A stretch of DNA of 64,000 nt from Gonapodya sp. JEL0774 (taxonomy: Eukaryota): positions 1-64,000 of the forward strand of contig JADIIX010000031.1 in the NCBI GenBank assembly GCA_027604505.1, written 5' to 3'. Of the stretch, positions 50,421-64,000 are shown in pieces (positions within the stretch are counted from its first letter, which is position 1; each line of letters starts with the position of its first letter). Under the pieces are notes generated by a model. That model was given only the letters and a program-made list of their open reading frames with translations. It ran no database searches and was not told where the DNA came from. Made by a program: the position numbers and the translations under genes.

Positions 50421-50696
50421 CTATCACTGAAAGGCCTGGAAGTTTACTAGAAAAGCCCAAGCGGGTCGGGGAGCGTACTTTTTCTGCCAATATTTCTGAT
50501 GACCGGCGTCACTCGAGCCCGCACGGAATTATTTGTGTGAGCACAAAACAGCATAGTAATTGTACATACAGTCAACTCGGCGCACTATATGTAGTGACAT
50601 GCCTTGTATTGGGCGCCATGATGCCCTTGACATTTTCCGAAAGTACACACCCATCAGTCCACCATCAAAATTTTTCATTATCCACTACCCACACAA

Positions 50697-52479
50697 TCAT
50701 TCTGCCTCCTCCAGAGCACCCCATCGTGCTCCGCTTCGCGCAGGACTGACGTGCCCCTTTGTATTACCAGTCCCCAAAACCCTAGCCTCAGCTGCTGCGT
50801 GCATCGCAAATACGCTTGCAAAAAAGTCCGAGGAAGGTGGGGGCGGGGTTGGAGGTGATTGGTGAGAATTTGGTGTGTATGAGGGTGGGTTGGGACTGCT
50901 GGAGGAAGCCCTGCGACGACTGAGGGAATCGAATGACTGGGGCGCGGACCGACCAGCAGTAGGGGAGAGACACTCCAGTGGAAATATCCCCGACTCAGCA
51001 GTCACAGTGTTTAAACCCTGCAGGGCAGGACATGAAGCACCCTTGGAAAATGATAATTGGCGAAATCTGGCGAGTAGCACTCACTGAAGCCCAACCGTCA
51101 TCGTAATCCCAGTTTACGAAGACTGTTTGGCCCATTTCCAAGCCGATTTCATCTGGCTCTCGTGGAACGTATGGTGTCACCACGTACATCAACTTCTTGA
51201 CATCTCGCCGAGCAGTATAGTTCAGAGTTTCGCCTGGCGACGCAACAGGTGCACCTGTCACACTGTCCACGCCCTGGCTGTTCACACGTGCCAGCTCTCG
51301 CTCGAGCTCCGCATTCCGCTCTTGAACTGTATCGCTCGATATCCCAAATCAGCGAAGTGGGCAGCTCGCTCCGCCATCATAGCCTGCATATTTCGGATAT
51401 CCCGCCGCAGATCCTCATTTTGGCGTATTTGTTCAACAAGAAGGCGAGAAAGTGCAACGTTCCCCATTCCCATGGTCTCGGTGGAGGAGTCACCCGAGGT
51501 CCGACTGAGTTCTACACTGTTGCTGACTGTATTTCGACCACTCGACTTCCGCCATAAATTCGAGGAACCTAGCTGTGTATCGGTGGTTTGTTCCATTTTG
51601 TACTGTTCTAGAATGTCTGTGATGACACGGTTATTGGCGCGTTTCACAGCCTCCAACACGTCCGGAGTTACTTTAGCTCCATAGCGCAGGAGCACTCTCA
51701 CAATTTCTGGTTGCGGATTGATCTCTACATCCCTACACGTAGCGTTCCAGGATTCGGGACTGTGCAGTTGCACCTCCGCACCAAGATGGTTCACCCGGAG
51801 TTTGCCATTGTCCGCGAGTGAAGCCCAAGGACTGGATATTCCATCATAGTCGGTGACTGTGACACCACGTCCGATGGCGAGGAAGAGTGGGCTGTCTGCC
51901 TGGTACGTGCGCAACCATCGGGTGTCATTCCATCGATCTGGACTCCAAGTAGCCGAGCCGTTGGCGTTCGGCCATTCAATTGCGGCATTAGGATCTGCAC
52001 CGGCTTCGAGAAGTGCATCGACCATATCCGCGCGGCCTAAGAGAATTGAAAGACACAGTGCGCTCTCCGCGACCCGAGTGTCTGTGCTGGACTCGAAAGT
52101 GTTTTCCCATCGTTCTTCGTATTCATCACCGAGGAGAAGACTCGAGCGGACTTTGAATTTTCCGAGCGAGCGACGACCGGATCTGATATCGCAGACGAGG
52201 GAGACCTACAAAGTTATCGGAACCCAAAAACGCTTTGGAACTCAATGGAGCATCGAGAAATGAAACAAGTTCCCTGTTGGACGCACTACGCCTGGAATTG
52301 TCAGGTCGGACTTTCATTCTGTGTTCATGCCTGTCGTCCTCGCTCACGAAGGTCGCAACACTGCTCCAACTGACCTTCTTGCGGGCATTGGGGTCGGTCC
52401 CTTCCAAGAGCAGTCTCTTTACGAGATTTAAGTCGCCAGACTCGATGGCTTCAATCAGCATCCTTTCCTGGCCAACCAT
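50697..52479 (-). CDS. Ankyrin - coiled-coil - SH3 protein, paralog 3
   Basis: AIESGDLNLVKRLLLEGTDPNARKK, LLEAGADPN, YVPREPDEIGL..DDGWAS, then after an intron GLNTVTAESGIFP. Confidence 0.88.
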
Positions 52480-52763
52480 GATTTGAAAAGTGCGATCTAA
52501 ACGTGCCGCCGTGCTCAGCATGAACAAGTCTGAGCATCACCCCCAGCATCCACAGATGCTCGGGAAAGAACTATGAACATATAAGAAAAACTGAGCCTCA
52601 ATGAATGATATTGCCGTGGAGCACCATCGACATACAAAACAAAACTTTATAGATACCACAAAGACACGGCAGAAATAGAACGCAATTCCTCAAGAAAGGT
52701 CTCGGCTCTTTCTATGGATTTCAGAAGACGCAGCCAGTTTAGGCACAACAAGGGCTCTCTCAA

Positions 52764-54679
52764 TCACATATCATTGTCCGGCACGTTCCGTGTGACAAGC
52801 TCCAAGATAGAGCTCATCTCGGAGGAGGTATCGAATCCATTCCCAAGCTTCTCTCCAATGTCACCTCCTCTCTTGGGACTCGTAGGATTGACGTTCCCAT
52901 TTCCACGGAGAACCATACCCTCCGCTACTTTAGCCTCCACCTGACCCTGTTTCGCCAGAACCGCCGCAAGCAAATCAGTCGAGGAAGGTGACGTAGAGTA
53001 CGGTATGTAAGGGGGCGATGGGATAAGTGTGCTGGAGCTTGATATCGATGCGGTTCGCCGGCTAAACGACGAAGATACCGTCTGATGTGATGTGGAGCCT
53101 GAAGACAGACAGGCAAGAGGAAACAGTCCCGATTGACCAGTGGTGATGTTTAGACCCTGGTCATAAAGAGGCATAGGTGAATGGAACTGCAGAAGTGCTA
53201 AACATCTGAGTGTGAAACATAACTCACCGCCGCCCACCCATCATCGAAGTTCCAGTTCACAGACACAGTGTTTCCAAACTCGAGCAGAATTTCATCTGGC
53301 TCGGTGGGCATAAACGGGGTTGTCACGGTCATCAGCTTCTTTTCGTCGCGGTGCTTGGACGACATATCCACGGGAGATCCTGCCGCTTGGAGTCGAGCTG
53401 TTTGCTCTGCAAGTTGCCTCCTTAAGGAAAGCAGCTCGCGTTCGAGTTCTGCGTTCCGATCCTTCAGTTCCGTTGCCTGGTGCTCGAGTGCAGCTGAATG
53501 TGCACTTTTCTCAGCTGAGGCCGCCTGCAGGCTCCGAATCTCTCGACGCAGTTCATCATTCTGGCGCATTTGGTCCACAAGAAGTCGCGAAAGAGCCATA
53601 TCACCGTGGTTGCTGACATTAGTGCCCGGGATATCGAGCGAAGGAGGTCTGGGAGAACTGGGGGAGTTGTTGGGTGAAGGCGACCTTGGATAGTAGCCAC
53701 TGGGGTTTCTAGAGCTGGCTTTTCGAGACAAGTTGGCGGTGTTTGCTACTGTGGGTGAAAGAGCGCTCAGATCGAGGATATAAGGGTCCAGCAAGTCCAC
53801 CACGTTCTTGTTGTCGGTGCGCTTTGCGGCTTCGTAAGTTTCTCGAGTGACGCGAGCACCATAACGCAATAATATTCCGATGATATCCGGACGGGGAGCG
53901 ATCTCGCATTCACGGTAAGCTTGTGTCCACGATTCCGGATTCACCAGCCGAACCTCTCCACCGACCTTGCTGATCCGAAGTTTCCCCTTGTCAGCGAGAG
54001 CACCCCACGCGCTCGAGGCGCCGTCAAAATCAGTGACTTTGACACCACGTCCGATTGCTAGAATGAGTGGGGAGTCGGCTCGATATGTTCGCACCCATCG
54101 GGTCTTGTTCCAACGTTCTGGAGTCCACGTCGGGACTGTGTTGGCGTTCGGCCACTCAATGGCGGTGTTTGGATCGGCACCAGCTTCAAGGAGTGTGGTC
54201 ACGACGTCTGCGATACCAGTGAAGATGGCGAGCCCGAGGGCACTCTCTCCAAGAACGGATTCGGTTTTGACATCAAACACGTCTTCGAACCGCTCTTCAA
54301 ACACATCGGCTCGGAAAAGATTCGAGCGGACCTTTTGCTTCCCAAGTGGTCGCTTGCCAACTCGGACGTCGCAGCGTAAGGTAATCTGTGATAGGGGGGA
54401 GTTTGAAGGTTTCAGTGATCGATTGACGTGATAAAATAACACACGGCTCGATCAAAATGCATTCAACGAGAACGAGAGCCGCTTCCAACTCGCATCACAC
54501 CGGCAACACTGCTATAGATCCTCGTACTGAAAGGCTCAACCCTAAGCGCGGCTCCCAGCAGTCACCGTCCTCACCTTCTTCCTGGCGTTCGGGTCTGAGC
54601 CATCCGCAAGCGCTTTCTTCACGAGATGAACGCTGCCAGCCTCCACGGCTTCAATAAGTGCGCGCTCATGCGAACTCAT
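52764..54679 (-). CDS. Ankyrin - coiled-coil - SH3 protein, paralog 4
   Basis: AVEAGSVHLVKKALADGSDPNARKK, GESALGLAI..LLEAGADPN, FMPTEPDEILL..DDGWAA, then after an intron GLNITTGQSGLFP. Confidence 0.88.
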
Positions 54680-55784
54680 TGCGGTAAACGAATCTTGCTG
54701 GATATTGGAAACAAGGTTGTTCACCGCGAGGAGCCACTGAGGTGTGGGTTCCTTCTCCAGGTGGTAAGGGATAACACTCGTCGGATTCGGCATACCGAAA
54801 ATTCCAGCTCTGCTATTCACAAGCTCCCACAATAATTTTCTCTCGTAGCGTTCATCTTTCTCAGCTGTACCTAGTAGGCCGTCGAGCCAGCGGTTCCTTA
54901 GTACCCAAATCCAACCCAGAAAGGCATAATATTGTGTTCAATATATGAATTTGTAGATCAGAATAGAGTGTTAGTGCCCAGGAGAATACGCAGCCATACC
55001 GCAAATATACCGCAAACATTACCTCATCGCGTCAGATGCCCTTTCCTGTTTGTCACCGGGAGCCAAGCCCGTGACCAAGGTGAACCGAGTTCAACAGAAT
55101 TTATATCTCCGAGGATCCAGCGGTGTAAAGCCAAGTGCGCGTAGTTTACCCCCATCCAGGTGAATGTAACGCCTCAGTGGTCGTGCGGCGCGCTGGTGGA
55201 AACTTGCACAATGAGTGTGTTTCTGGTACATCCGAAAGAAGCGCATGAAAATCTAGAGTGGATGCTTGAGTATTCTAAGAGCTTCCTACATCCAAAAGAA
55301 GAAAATGAGTGCCATGCCGCGTCGCTCCAGAAGCGGGTGTACGGCACAACGCCACACTCCTCGTTTGGATAGGTTGATGGAGAAAAAACGAACTACAAAA
55401 AGTGGCAAAACAAAAAATTGCCAGCGCACTTCCAGCGCTTTGATTTGAAGGGTGTGCTTCTCTCGACGTATTGTGTGTGAGTTTTATAAGTGTGTTGCAC
55501 CACCACATACATGAGTTGCCTTCCGTAGTTTACTCAGTCTGTCTTGAAATGGGAAAGCACTCCACATGCATGTGCGTTATACGTATGTGGTTAACTCGTA
55601 TGACGTCATATTGGCACTGAATGCGAGTGAATCTGCAATTGCGGCAGTAGTTGGATCGGCTCAAAATTTTATATCACCAGCGCATAAACTTCGTCCCCTC
55701 AACATAAACAACAGTACCAATGTGATCACGTTGATCAGACATACGTCAGTCTGTCTAGTAAGCTGCATTCACAAGACAAAAGAC

Positions 55785-58700
55785 TCAACCCCAGAAAAAG
55801 ACAAACGTATCTAGTATGAGAACTGGAAGGAAGATGGTGAGGGTCCATCCCATGTATCCGAAGAAGCTGGGCATCTGTGCAAAACAGATCAACCGCGATA
55901 GATCAGGTGAAGCTGCCACAACTTTGAGACAAAATGCTACTCACTTCGATATCGTTCTCAACCGCAATAGATCGAACGAGCATATTGGGGGCGTTTCCGA
56001 TGTAGGTGTTGGCTCCCATGAACACTGAAATTGCAATACGTCAAGGACCACACTAGAATAACCAGCACCCATAGCTCGCTTGCTGAACTTCATCGAAAGA
56101 AGGCTTACCAGCACCACAAGTGATGGCCGCCAGCGTTTTTGCTCCTTGCGTCATTAACTCGGCGGGGTTGCCTCCCGCAGCACCAAAGAAGAGGACGTAC
56201 GTTGGGGCATCTGTTGACAAAAGTGGCTTTGAATTATGTCTCCTTCACAATATCAACTCCCAACTTCGAGTAACTCACTGTCAAGAAATGATGACAGGAT
56301 GCCGGTTGCCCAAAAGTACGTAGCCGGGCGATCGACAAGGCGGGTCACCCATCCCATTGCGCCCGAGGGTCCGTCATCAAACATGAGAAGAATCGGCGAC
56401 AGGTTCAAAAATATGCCGAGGAACAGGGTTGCTAAGAGTAAGGGGCGGAGACGTGCGGTGGGAGCCTTTATAAGTGACCCAAACACGTGGCGTCTCTGGT
56501 TCGTGAATTAGAAACGTAAACTTACAGACTTCCACGATGGGATCCCAAGTAAACCTCTGTGAAACAAAAATCTCGACTCAACGGAAGTTGACATCACAAA
56601 GCATCAACCGAACATACATTGGCCCTATAGTTCTCTTCCGGAGTGAGCTTCATTGCGATCACTGTTGCAAGGACCATGACTGTGTCACGGAAAAGATCCC
56701 CATAGAACCATTGGCTTTGCACAAGTCAAAGTCAGACTGAGGTAGCGACACAAAGCGCCTCTTCGCTGGCTGAGACCACCTAACTCACATATTTTCGTCA
56801 CTTCCGGCCCGCGGACTCTTCATTACAGTGAAATACGAGTCTGGATATTCTTTCTTCAAGATCCCTGATCACATTAGACAATGCATGATGATGGAGGTGG
56901 CTGATTATTTACTTGAGGAAACTGCGGCGTCTGTTTCCCGAATTGAACCGCACCTGACAGTACAATCACAAATGCAACGACCGCCATGCCGACAATGTTG
57001 ACAAGCCCGCTTGCACTAATCTGAGCAGGAGAAAAACGTACAACAATGAGTATCGCGCCGAATAGTGATCGGGAAGACACCGACCGATTCCATCTGGGCG
57101 ATTACTTCCTCGGTCGTTGGATCAATGTAGGTCGCGACGGATGGTTCACGGGGCTTCACGCATATTAATCCTCGATCAGTCACTCGAAACGATACAACAT
57201 GAACATTCTGAAACTAGGTAACAACACTCACCGGTAAAATTCCGAAGCCAACCTGACTCTCCGACTGGCCAACCGGTGCAAGTTCTCCTATCACCTCGTC
57301 CTTTTGGTCACTTTGACCAAAAATGATTGGATCAGACGAAAGGGTGGTCTCGCTACCGACACCGACTGCTCGGTTATACCCTGAACGCTGAATTGCATCA
57401 TTTTGCTTAGGTTCTGGGGAAAGTGGCTCCAGGCGACAGCCAGGATTGTTGTAGCAAAATACCTTTATATTGCTGAGCTCTGGCTCGGCGGCCTTGGCAG
57501 CACCGATGGCCGGCTAGGGAGGTGAGTCGGGACTGTGAGAGTTCAGGTATGCCAGATATTTCGGACTTGCAGTGCTCACCTCGCTCATCCTTTGCTTGCT
57601 CATTTTGTCTCCAGCTAGGTCGGGTTCAACCCCGACCGGAGTGCCGCCACTCATGTGTGAAGGCGGACCCAGTAAAGGATCGGTTTCACCACCGTCCTCC
57701 CCTTGCGTCGGTTTCGGACTTCCAAAAAGCCCTCCAGATAGAGTCTTTGAGGCCCATTTGCGTAATGAGGCGAGTGAACCATTTGGAGCCGATGGTTCCC
57801 TGACAAGTTCATCCAGAACAGCTCGCTCCTCGTCCACAGCCTTGGATAGAAATTCCGCTTGCTCACGGCTGAATAGATATGAGTCAATGAGATAAAACAT
57901 GAGGAGCAATACAATGCTAGTGAAAACGGTAGGAGTACTGCAGTTGAGTAGCGGCCAGAAGAAATCAACGCCCTTGAGGAAGCCCATGAAGACTGGAGGG
58001 TTGCCGACTTATGCAAGAGGAGTAAAGGTGTTCAAAACAGAAATTGGCATTCAAATCTGATCTGTTAATGCAAAAGAACGCAAACATGATGCCACCAACT
58101 TACTGGGAGTCATTGTTCCTCCGACATTGCTCACAAGAATGATGAAAAACACGATGCAGTGCACGCGATCTTTCCTTCTATTCGCACTTCGCACTACCGG
58201 CCGAATCATAACCATGCTCGCTCCAGTAACACCGACCAAACTCGAAAGAACCGTGCCGAAAGCCAGCAGTGCGGTGTTGACCGCGGGGCGACCTGAGAGT
58301 GTGCCGCGGAGGACGAGCCCACCTGCCATAACATAAAGAGATCCGACAACAGCAATAAATGGTATGTAGGAAGAGATCACGCTAGACTCCGCGTGAGCTA
58401 TTAAGTTCTCGTGCATCTTGTCGCTACAGCTTCCCTCGAGGGAATAACACTCACGTATCTATGATATCATATATCAAAAAATCAACGCCGACTGAAAAAA
58501 AAACATATATTTTCATGTTGGTGCGATCGCTCAAACGCAACTGCGGCATTGCATTCCATGAAAACGTACAAGTCAAAGCAAAAGGAACCGCCTTGTGAAT
58601 AAGAAATATACCCGCGCATTTACGCGAAGAGAATCGCAGAGAATAAACGAAGGTATGACGGTGTTCAGAATTTAGACTTTCACTTTTGGGCCACCACGTG

Positions 58701-59108
58701 CTTTGAACCATTCCAAACACGAAACTCACAAAAGCAAGCGTCCATCCAGCCACAAACAGTGGAGAGTATCGCTCCCATACGTGGGCGTTCACAAGAGGGA
58801 CGATTGCGAGAGTTAACAGGAGGGCGAAGAATGCTAAACGTTATAAGACACAGATTACATATAATATATATAGGGAGATGAACGATCGTCAGTTTCATGA
58901 TGAGAGGGGGAAAAATCCATTCGAAAGTCCAGCAATCGCACGGGTACTCACGAATGGCGAATGGACCTGGTACACCGAGCGCTCCATCTTCTAGATCTGC
59001 AATCGTTTTAGTTCTACTTCCATTTGATAGCACTCCAGCCCCAATCGTCAGGGAATTCTCAGCAACGGACTCCAGGACTTGTGGATCAAAAGGTTGTAGG
59101 TGACCCAT
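55785..59108 (-). CDS. Multi-exon ion-transporter (IT) superfamily permease, resembling bacterial sodium:proton antiporter / putative citrate transporter proteins
   Basis: YIPFIAVVGSLYVMAGG, FFIILVSNVGGTMTP..GNPPVFMGFLKGVDFFW, YFWATGILSSFLD followed after an intron by APTYVLFF, FMGANTYIGNAPN, MPSFFGYM. Confidence 0.85.
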
Positions 59109-59636
59109 AACACGCGCTGTACGCCTGTACACGGGGTTGAAGGGACGAATTTGGCACGTGTGGGTGTTGTGTTCATTCGTGCCGAGATGACCCCACCCCA
59201 CGTTCTTTGTTAACAAAATCACCGATGGCGGTTTGACGTTTCTAACACGTCAAACAATAATAAATTATATAAAGAGAAAGCGGGGTTGTTCGCGACAAAC
59301 CATGATATTCTCTCCCGACAATTGTACTCCAGGCTGGATGGTTTCTGTCTAATTTTAAATTATGTACTTATTCGCGATAATAATTAACTCCAAAGTCACA
59401 AGTAAGCGATAGTGTCCAAATCTAATGTGTCGATTGTCATTGGTGGAGTCGATCGTGGATGCTCAGTTCTCAAGTCCATTCCAACCAGCATTCTCGCTCA
59501 CCAGTAGCGGATACCGCTCAATTTCCCTTAAAGAATTAGAAAACGTTCTTGATCACCTCCTCACATAATATACTCTTCCGGCTCCTATGTGATCCTTGCC
59601 GTAGCTCCAGCTTTCCAGTGACCTGCACTTCCTCAC

Positions 59637-62202
59637 CTACATCGCCAACCCTCCCACAGGCGTACCTCTCCCGACTTGGCCTCGCCCCAGCGCCCATTCT
59701 GGGAAGACCCCTTCTTCTCCAGTATCCACATTACGACCCCTTACCACGCCTCCACCGAGTATCTCGGTAACCTCCACTCGGTCGCCAGGCGTTAGCCCAA
59801 TCTCGTCCTTTACAGTCCCACTAGGTACGTACTCTTCTATGGCATACAGCCGACCGTCGGCAGGTGGGTGGAATGTGACATGGAACACCGTCGCTGGGAT
59901 AGGTTGCTTAGGAGGAGGTACTTTGATGCCACTTCCCGAGCCCACAGCACTTGAGGGAGCCATTGCCTGCCCAGTCAAAGGAGGAGACCTCATCCCCAAA
60001 CCACTGTCAGTGCTATCATAACTGTCCGACGTCGAGGGGCTTCGAATCGCATAAGCCCCCATGGTATATTGTGTGGGCGAGTCTGCGCGGACAGGCTCGA
60101 GGGAGTACGGGTTGCCATGCACGATCGGGGATCCAGCGCGCCGAGTGAACGTACCGCCCGCAGCGGCACCCGAGTTGTTGTACGGAGTGGGAATGGGGGT
60201 GCTGCCACGGCGACCTGCCAGGCCAGGAATCCCTCCCATTTCGATCATCTCGTCCATATCCATGGGTTCGGGGGTTTCGCCCATTGGAGGCGGGCTGTTC
60301 GCGTCACGGATACTGGGTGCGGATATGATGGAGCTGGAATCGGACGTGAAGGGGTTCTCGGCAACGTGCGGGTCCGTGAGGTGAGACGTGAGGGTGGTAG
60401 AAAGTGAGGGAGGGCGGTTGTGACCTGGGGTAAAGGTTGCTGTTGTCGTGGGTGCAGGGTTGGTCGTGGAGGCGCCAGTGGCTGTAGAAGTTGGCACGGC
60501 ACGCGTGGTGCCGCTCGAGGTAAAGGGGTTCCCAGCGAGCATTGAGACAGGCGATGCAGCGAGAGGTGGGGCGCCGGCAGTACCGGGAGGGGGTGACATG
60601 ACAACCGGTGGCGCGGGTGAAAATGTGGATTGACGACGGCCAAAGGGGTTGAGGGGACTGGGTCTCATCGGTGACCAAGTCTTTCCCGTTCCCTTGCCCG
60701 CACTTGGCATGCGGCCGACCGCCGGCGTGGGAGATGTGACGACTTTGGGTTCCGACGGAGTAGGCGAGGAGGAGGGGGACGTTGCGCCACCGTTTTCGCT
60801 CTTGGCGGACGCAGACCGGAACAAGCCCCCCGATGACTGAGAGGACCGAGAAGCGGAGCGGTAGAATGAGGAGGAGAACACGTCACCGAAGCGGAGATTC
60901 GTTCCCAAGTCGAGGTCCGGAAGGTAGGGGACGGATGACATGGACGCTGAGGAGAACGGACGGTTTCGAAGGAACTGCAGAGGCAAGGAGAGTGTACGGT
61001 CAGTGATGGGAACAACGCATGACCACAATAAGAGCATGCGGTAATTCTCAGTCATGGGAGCAGACGTTTGCTTCGCAGACCAATATACGTTTGCTCTCTT
61101 TTGTTTCAGCAAATTGCCGGGCGACACTTTCTTTTGACTTCCCATCACAAGAAATAACTCCCCCAATCACTCGACCACACGTGTTTGTTGGTCTTCGGGT
61201 CCGGACTGACCTTGCCGTCTCTGGTGCCCACCACCACCTCTCCCTTTTCTGTTCGGATCATTTTCTCACGCTTCCGGCCATTCCGGGTAGAGAGCCACCA
61301 GCAACAGCACAACAAAGACACGAGAGCCAGGCCACATGCTGCACCAACGGTGGCGTAAAACACGGGCCGGGAGAGACCGACGATGTGGTCCGAGTCCTCG
61401 GGAGCTGACGGTGAGGGAGCCGGTGCGGCAATGATAGAGGCGGCGTCTGAAGGAGTGGGTGTTTTGATCGCGGATGACGGGGAGGATTTGGACGACGATG
61501 GGAAAGCAGAGAGAGTTGGGAGAGATTGTGAGGATGACGTGGCTCCCAACGACATCGTGGGGACTCCCAGCGCAGAAGAAAGCGCGGCCTTATATGCAAA
61601 TTGTAGAAGGGGTCCCAGTGTGAGCCACGGTTGTTCACAAGTGGGCAGAAGCATTGCATGCGAGATCAACTCACCCCAACACAGTAGTCCCACGCTCTTC
61701 CGGTCACGGGGTCTCTAAACGGCGGCTGACACGAGGAGTCGACGACCCAACACCACTTTTTTCGGGCACGAGTCCCAAACGAGTAAATCGGGTGACCAAG
61801 GCAGAACACATATCCGGACGATGGCAGCGAACAGAGCGGAACGTAAAATACATCAGACTCTATCCAACAATGCGCACACACAAATTGGAACCAGCGATCG
61901 CCCGGTTTAAACGAGTTCTGACGGTTCCAAGCATTGTCCTCGGCGATCTTCGCTCCACAACGGTTTCTTTCGTGCACCCGTCACCCCACACTCACCGCCG
62001 TCGACCCCGTTGTCGAGACCATGCACGTCGAGTTACACACACAGCCGCCATTTGTCACGCCCGTAGCCGTCGTTGCTGTCGTCTGAGCATACCCCACTCG
62101 GGAGAACACTGCAAGAGCCACTGTCACGGTGGTCAGCACGGCCCCGACCAACTCCGCCCATCGCGGTCCGCCTTTCCCTTTTCGTCTCGTTGTCGACGCC
62201 AT
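59637..62202 (-). CDS. Second single-pass receptor-like protein: Cys-rich domain, S/T stalk, TM, long S/P-rich tail, SH3
   Basis: Hydrophobic leader, GGCVCNSTC, WCWVVDSSC..TGRAWDYC, TM VFYATVGAACGLALVSLLCCCWWL, SH3 YAIEEYVP..DEIGLTPGD..GRNVDTGEEGVFP. Confidence 0.82.
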
Positions 62203-64000
62203 CTCGGGGCCGTGGAACTGGACGCGTAAAAATTGGCGAAAAAAGGGTCGGGATGTGCCGTTGTTGCCTGGGGGTGGAAATGTGAGGCACTCACCTCCAT
62301 CTGCACGAACTCGTATCAACAATCGAGAACGCACACGGTTCAATACTTTACCAGAGTCCGCGCTGACGCAGGCAAAAAAAATGATTTTTTGCAGAAACAA
62401 ACTGCTCGTTGTGTCCAGTCTCCCCTACAATGACACAGTGTTCGCCCTCTTCGGGACATCTCGGTGTGGCTTTTGTTGTGGGTCGTGTTTTGATGTTTGT
62501 TGTCCAACCCCCGTTCCCCACTGAATCCCAAGACTGGGTGTTGGGAGCGCACTCCTTATGTAGTAGACAATGAGGGTAACGCACAACACTAACTCTTCTA
62601 ATTGCAGCGTGGGGAGGGTGGCCATTGCTGTATTCGGTCAAAGGACACGTGCAGCAGCAGTAGCCGAACGTGTCATTTTGTGGATCAAATTGGGTTGGAG
62701 AGAAGAAACCAGTGACTGAGATCTCGCAAGAAGGAGCCACAGTCTGTATCTTCCCACATGAGAGAATTTGAATCAATTGTGTGCAGAGCATATCAATCAA
62801 TGGTCAACGAACGAGCTGGGCTCAAGATTGTTCCAGTCTGAGCCAGTTGCTACCTGCTTGGGCAGAAGCAAGAGACCGTCGCCCTTCGAGAGATGATGTG
62901 GTGCATAATACAAACAGGGAGCGACCAGTGCACAGTCCAAGCGAATGGCGTGCCTGAACACAGTTCTGTATGTCAGCTAAGAGAGTTAAGCAATTAATAG
63001 CAGGCATGGAGGAATTGGTACGATCCGCAGGAGATGCCAGGGTCAGAGCAACAATCATTCTGCTCCAAGTCCAATCATATTAATGGGACCGTGTTTGGAA
63101 TCTAGTATCGAGAGATCGGTCGTTCCAAAATTGCGCCACCTTTCGCCAATTTCAAATCGGAGCGATTCGTGAGCAACTTGCGATGCATGATCTCACATTG
63201 CTGTGTGTACCGAGTGTCAAAGACATGGTGCGTATTATGCGCGCGGCGGATTTAATATTCTTCTGGACGCAACGAGCACATAGTACACCACTCATGGACA
63301 GGCATGGTGTAGCCAGCGTGTATTCTGAATCGGTAGCTTTGTTGGAAGAGTTCCATTTCACTCGATTGCTGACAAATGACAGCCGTTCCGCCGATCTCCG
63401 TGATAAGTCTCCCCAAGAGCTTGCAGCCGAGAAGAATTTCGACTAGAGCGCTGCATTGCCGTATGTTGCGCGATCTTATGTTTTCATTCTTGGTTTGTGT
63501 TACTCTATTGTGACGTAACAAGAACGAATACGTGGATGTGGAGGGAAGAATCCCAACGGATCCCAGACGGTTGGGAACCATGGGTTTTTTGCACGCAATG
63601 CATCAAAATGAAATACCATAGAAAATTCCGAGGAAGGAATCGGAATAGAGCTCGGTCCTGCTCCGTCGACGCTCAGCAGGTGCTTGGATAGGCGTGACTG
63701 TACCGAAGATGCGTAGATGCACTCGGTAAATACATAGATGCATTGAAAATACAGAAGAACATATCTTTTCGCGTTCTTTGGATAGCGCCACTCTGCTCCG
63801 AGCCAATGTGAGGGTGATAGGGTTCTGGCACTCCGTGTATGTCATGCAGCGATGGGGATTTTATGTCTTGAATACACTTGAAGACATATACCCGTACCGC
63901 CAAGATACCAGGAAAATATCCGCGGGAGTTCAAAAGGCGCGGCTGCCGATTTTCTACTCTTGTAGAACGCGTTCGTCCTCGTCCGGACCGGGTCGCTGAG

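Noticed and set aside
62348..63999. Cys-rich and other short ORFs at the window end
   Set aside because: May be exons, but no family or coherent splice model could be supported.

Overview
This is eukaryotic DNA with many short spliceosomal introns. An early-diverging, probably flagellated fungus is plausible, but that is inference. The first ~28 kb is a nested transposon block: (1) a decayed Ty3/Gypsy element; (2) two copies of a ~296-bp miniature LTR element (TRIM) whose LTR/PBS junction forms a tRNA-like cloverleaf; (3) an 11-kb TGT...ACA element with short TIRs and a 5-bp TSD (Ginger-like); (4) a PIF/Harbinger element inserted inside it; (5) Copia fragments; (6) a structurally complete DIRS1-type element with ITRs, ICR, a methyltransferase domain and an apparent intron in RT. 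The Ginger-like element encodes an integrase-chromodomain-Ulp1 fusion and, divergently, a multi-exon ParB-like/beta-class DNA methyltransferase-like gene, separated by ~21 copies of a palindrome. The remaining ~36 kb holds host genes: an alpha/beta hydrolase, a CRAL-TRIO gene, a USP deubiquitinase, a PTPDC1-like phosphatase, four ankyrin-coiled-coil-SH3 paralogs, two Cys-rich single-pass SH3 receptor-like genes, and a bacterial-type ion transporter. The best candidates for undescribed systems are the Ginger/ParB-MTase/palindrome-array element and the tRNA-like TRIM. All domain calls and splice models were made by eye; no database searches were run.
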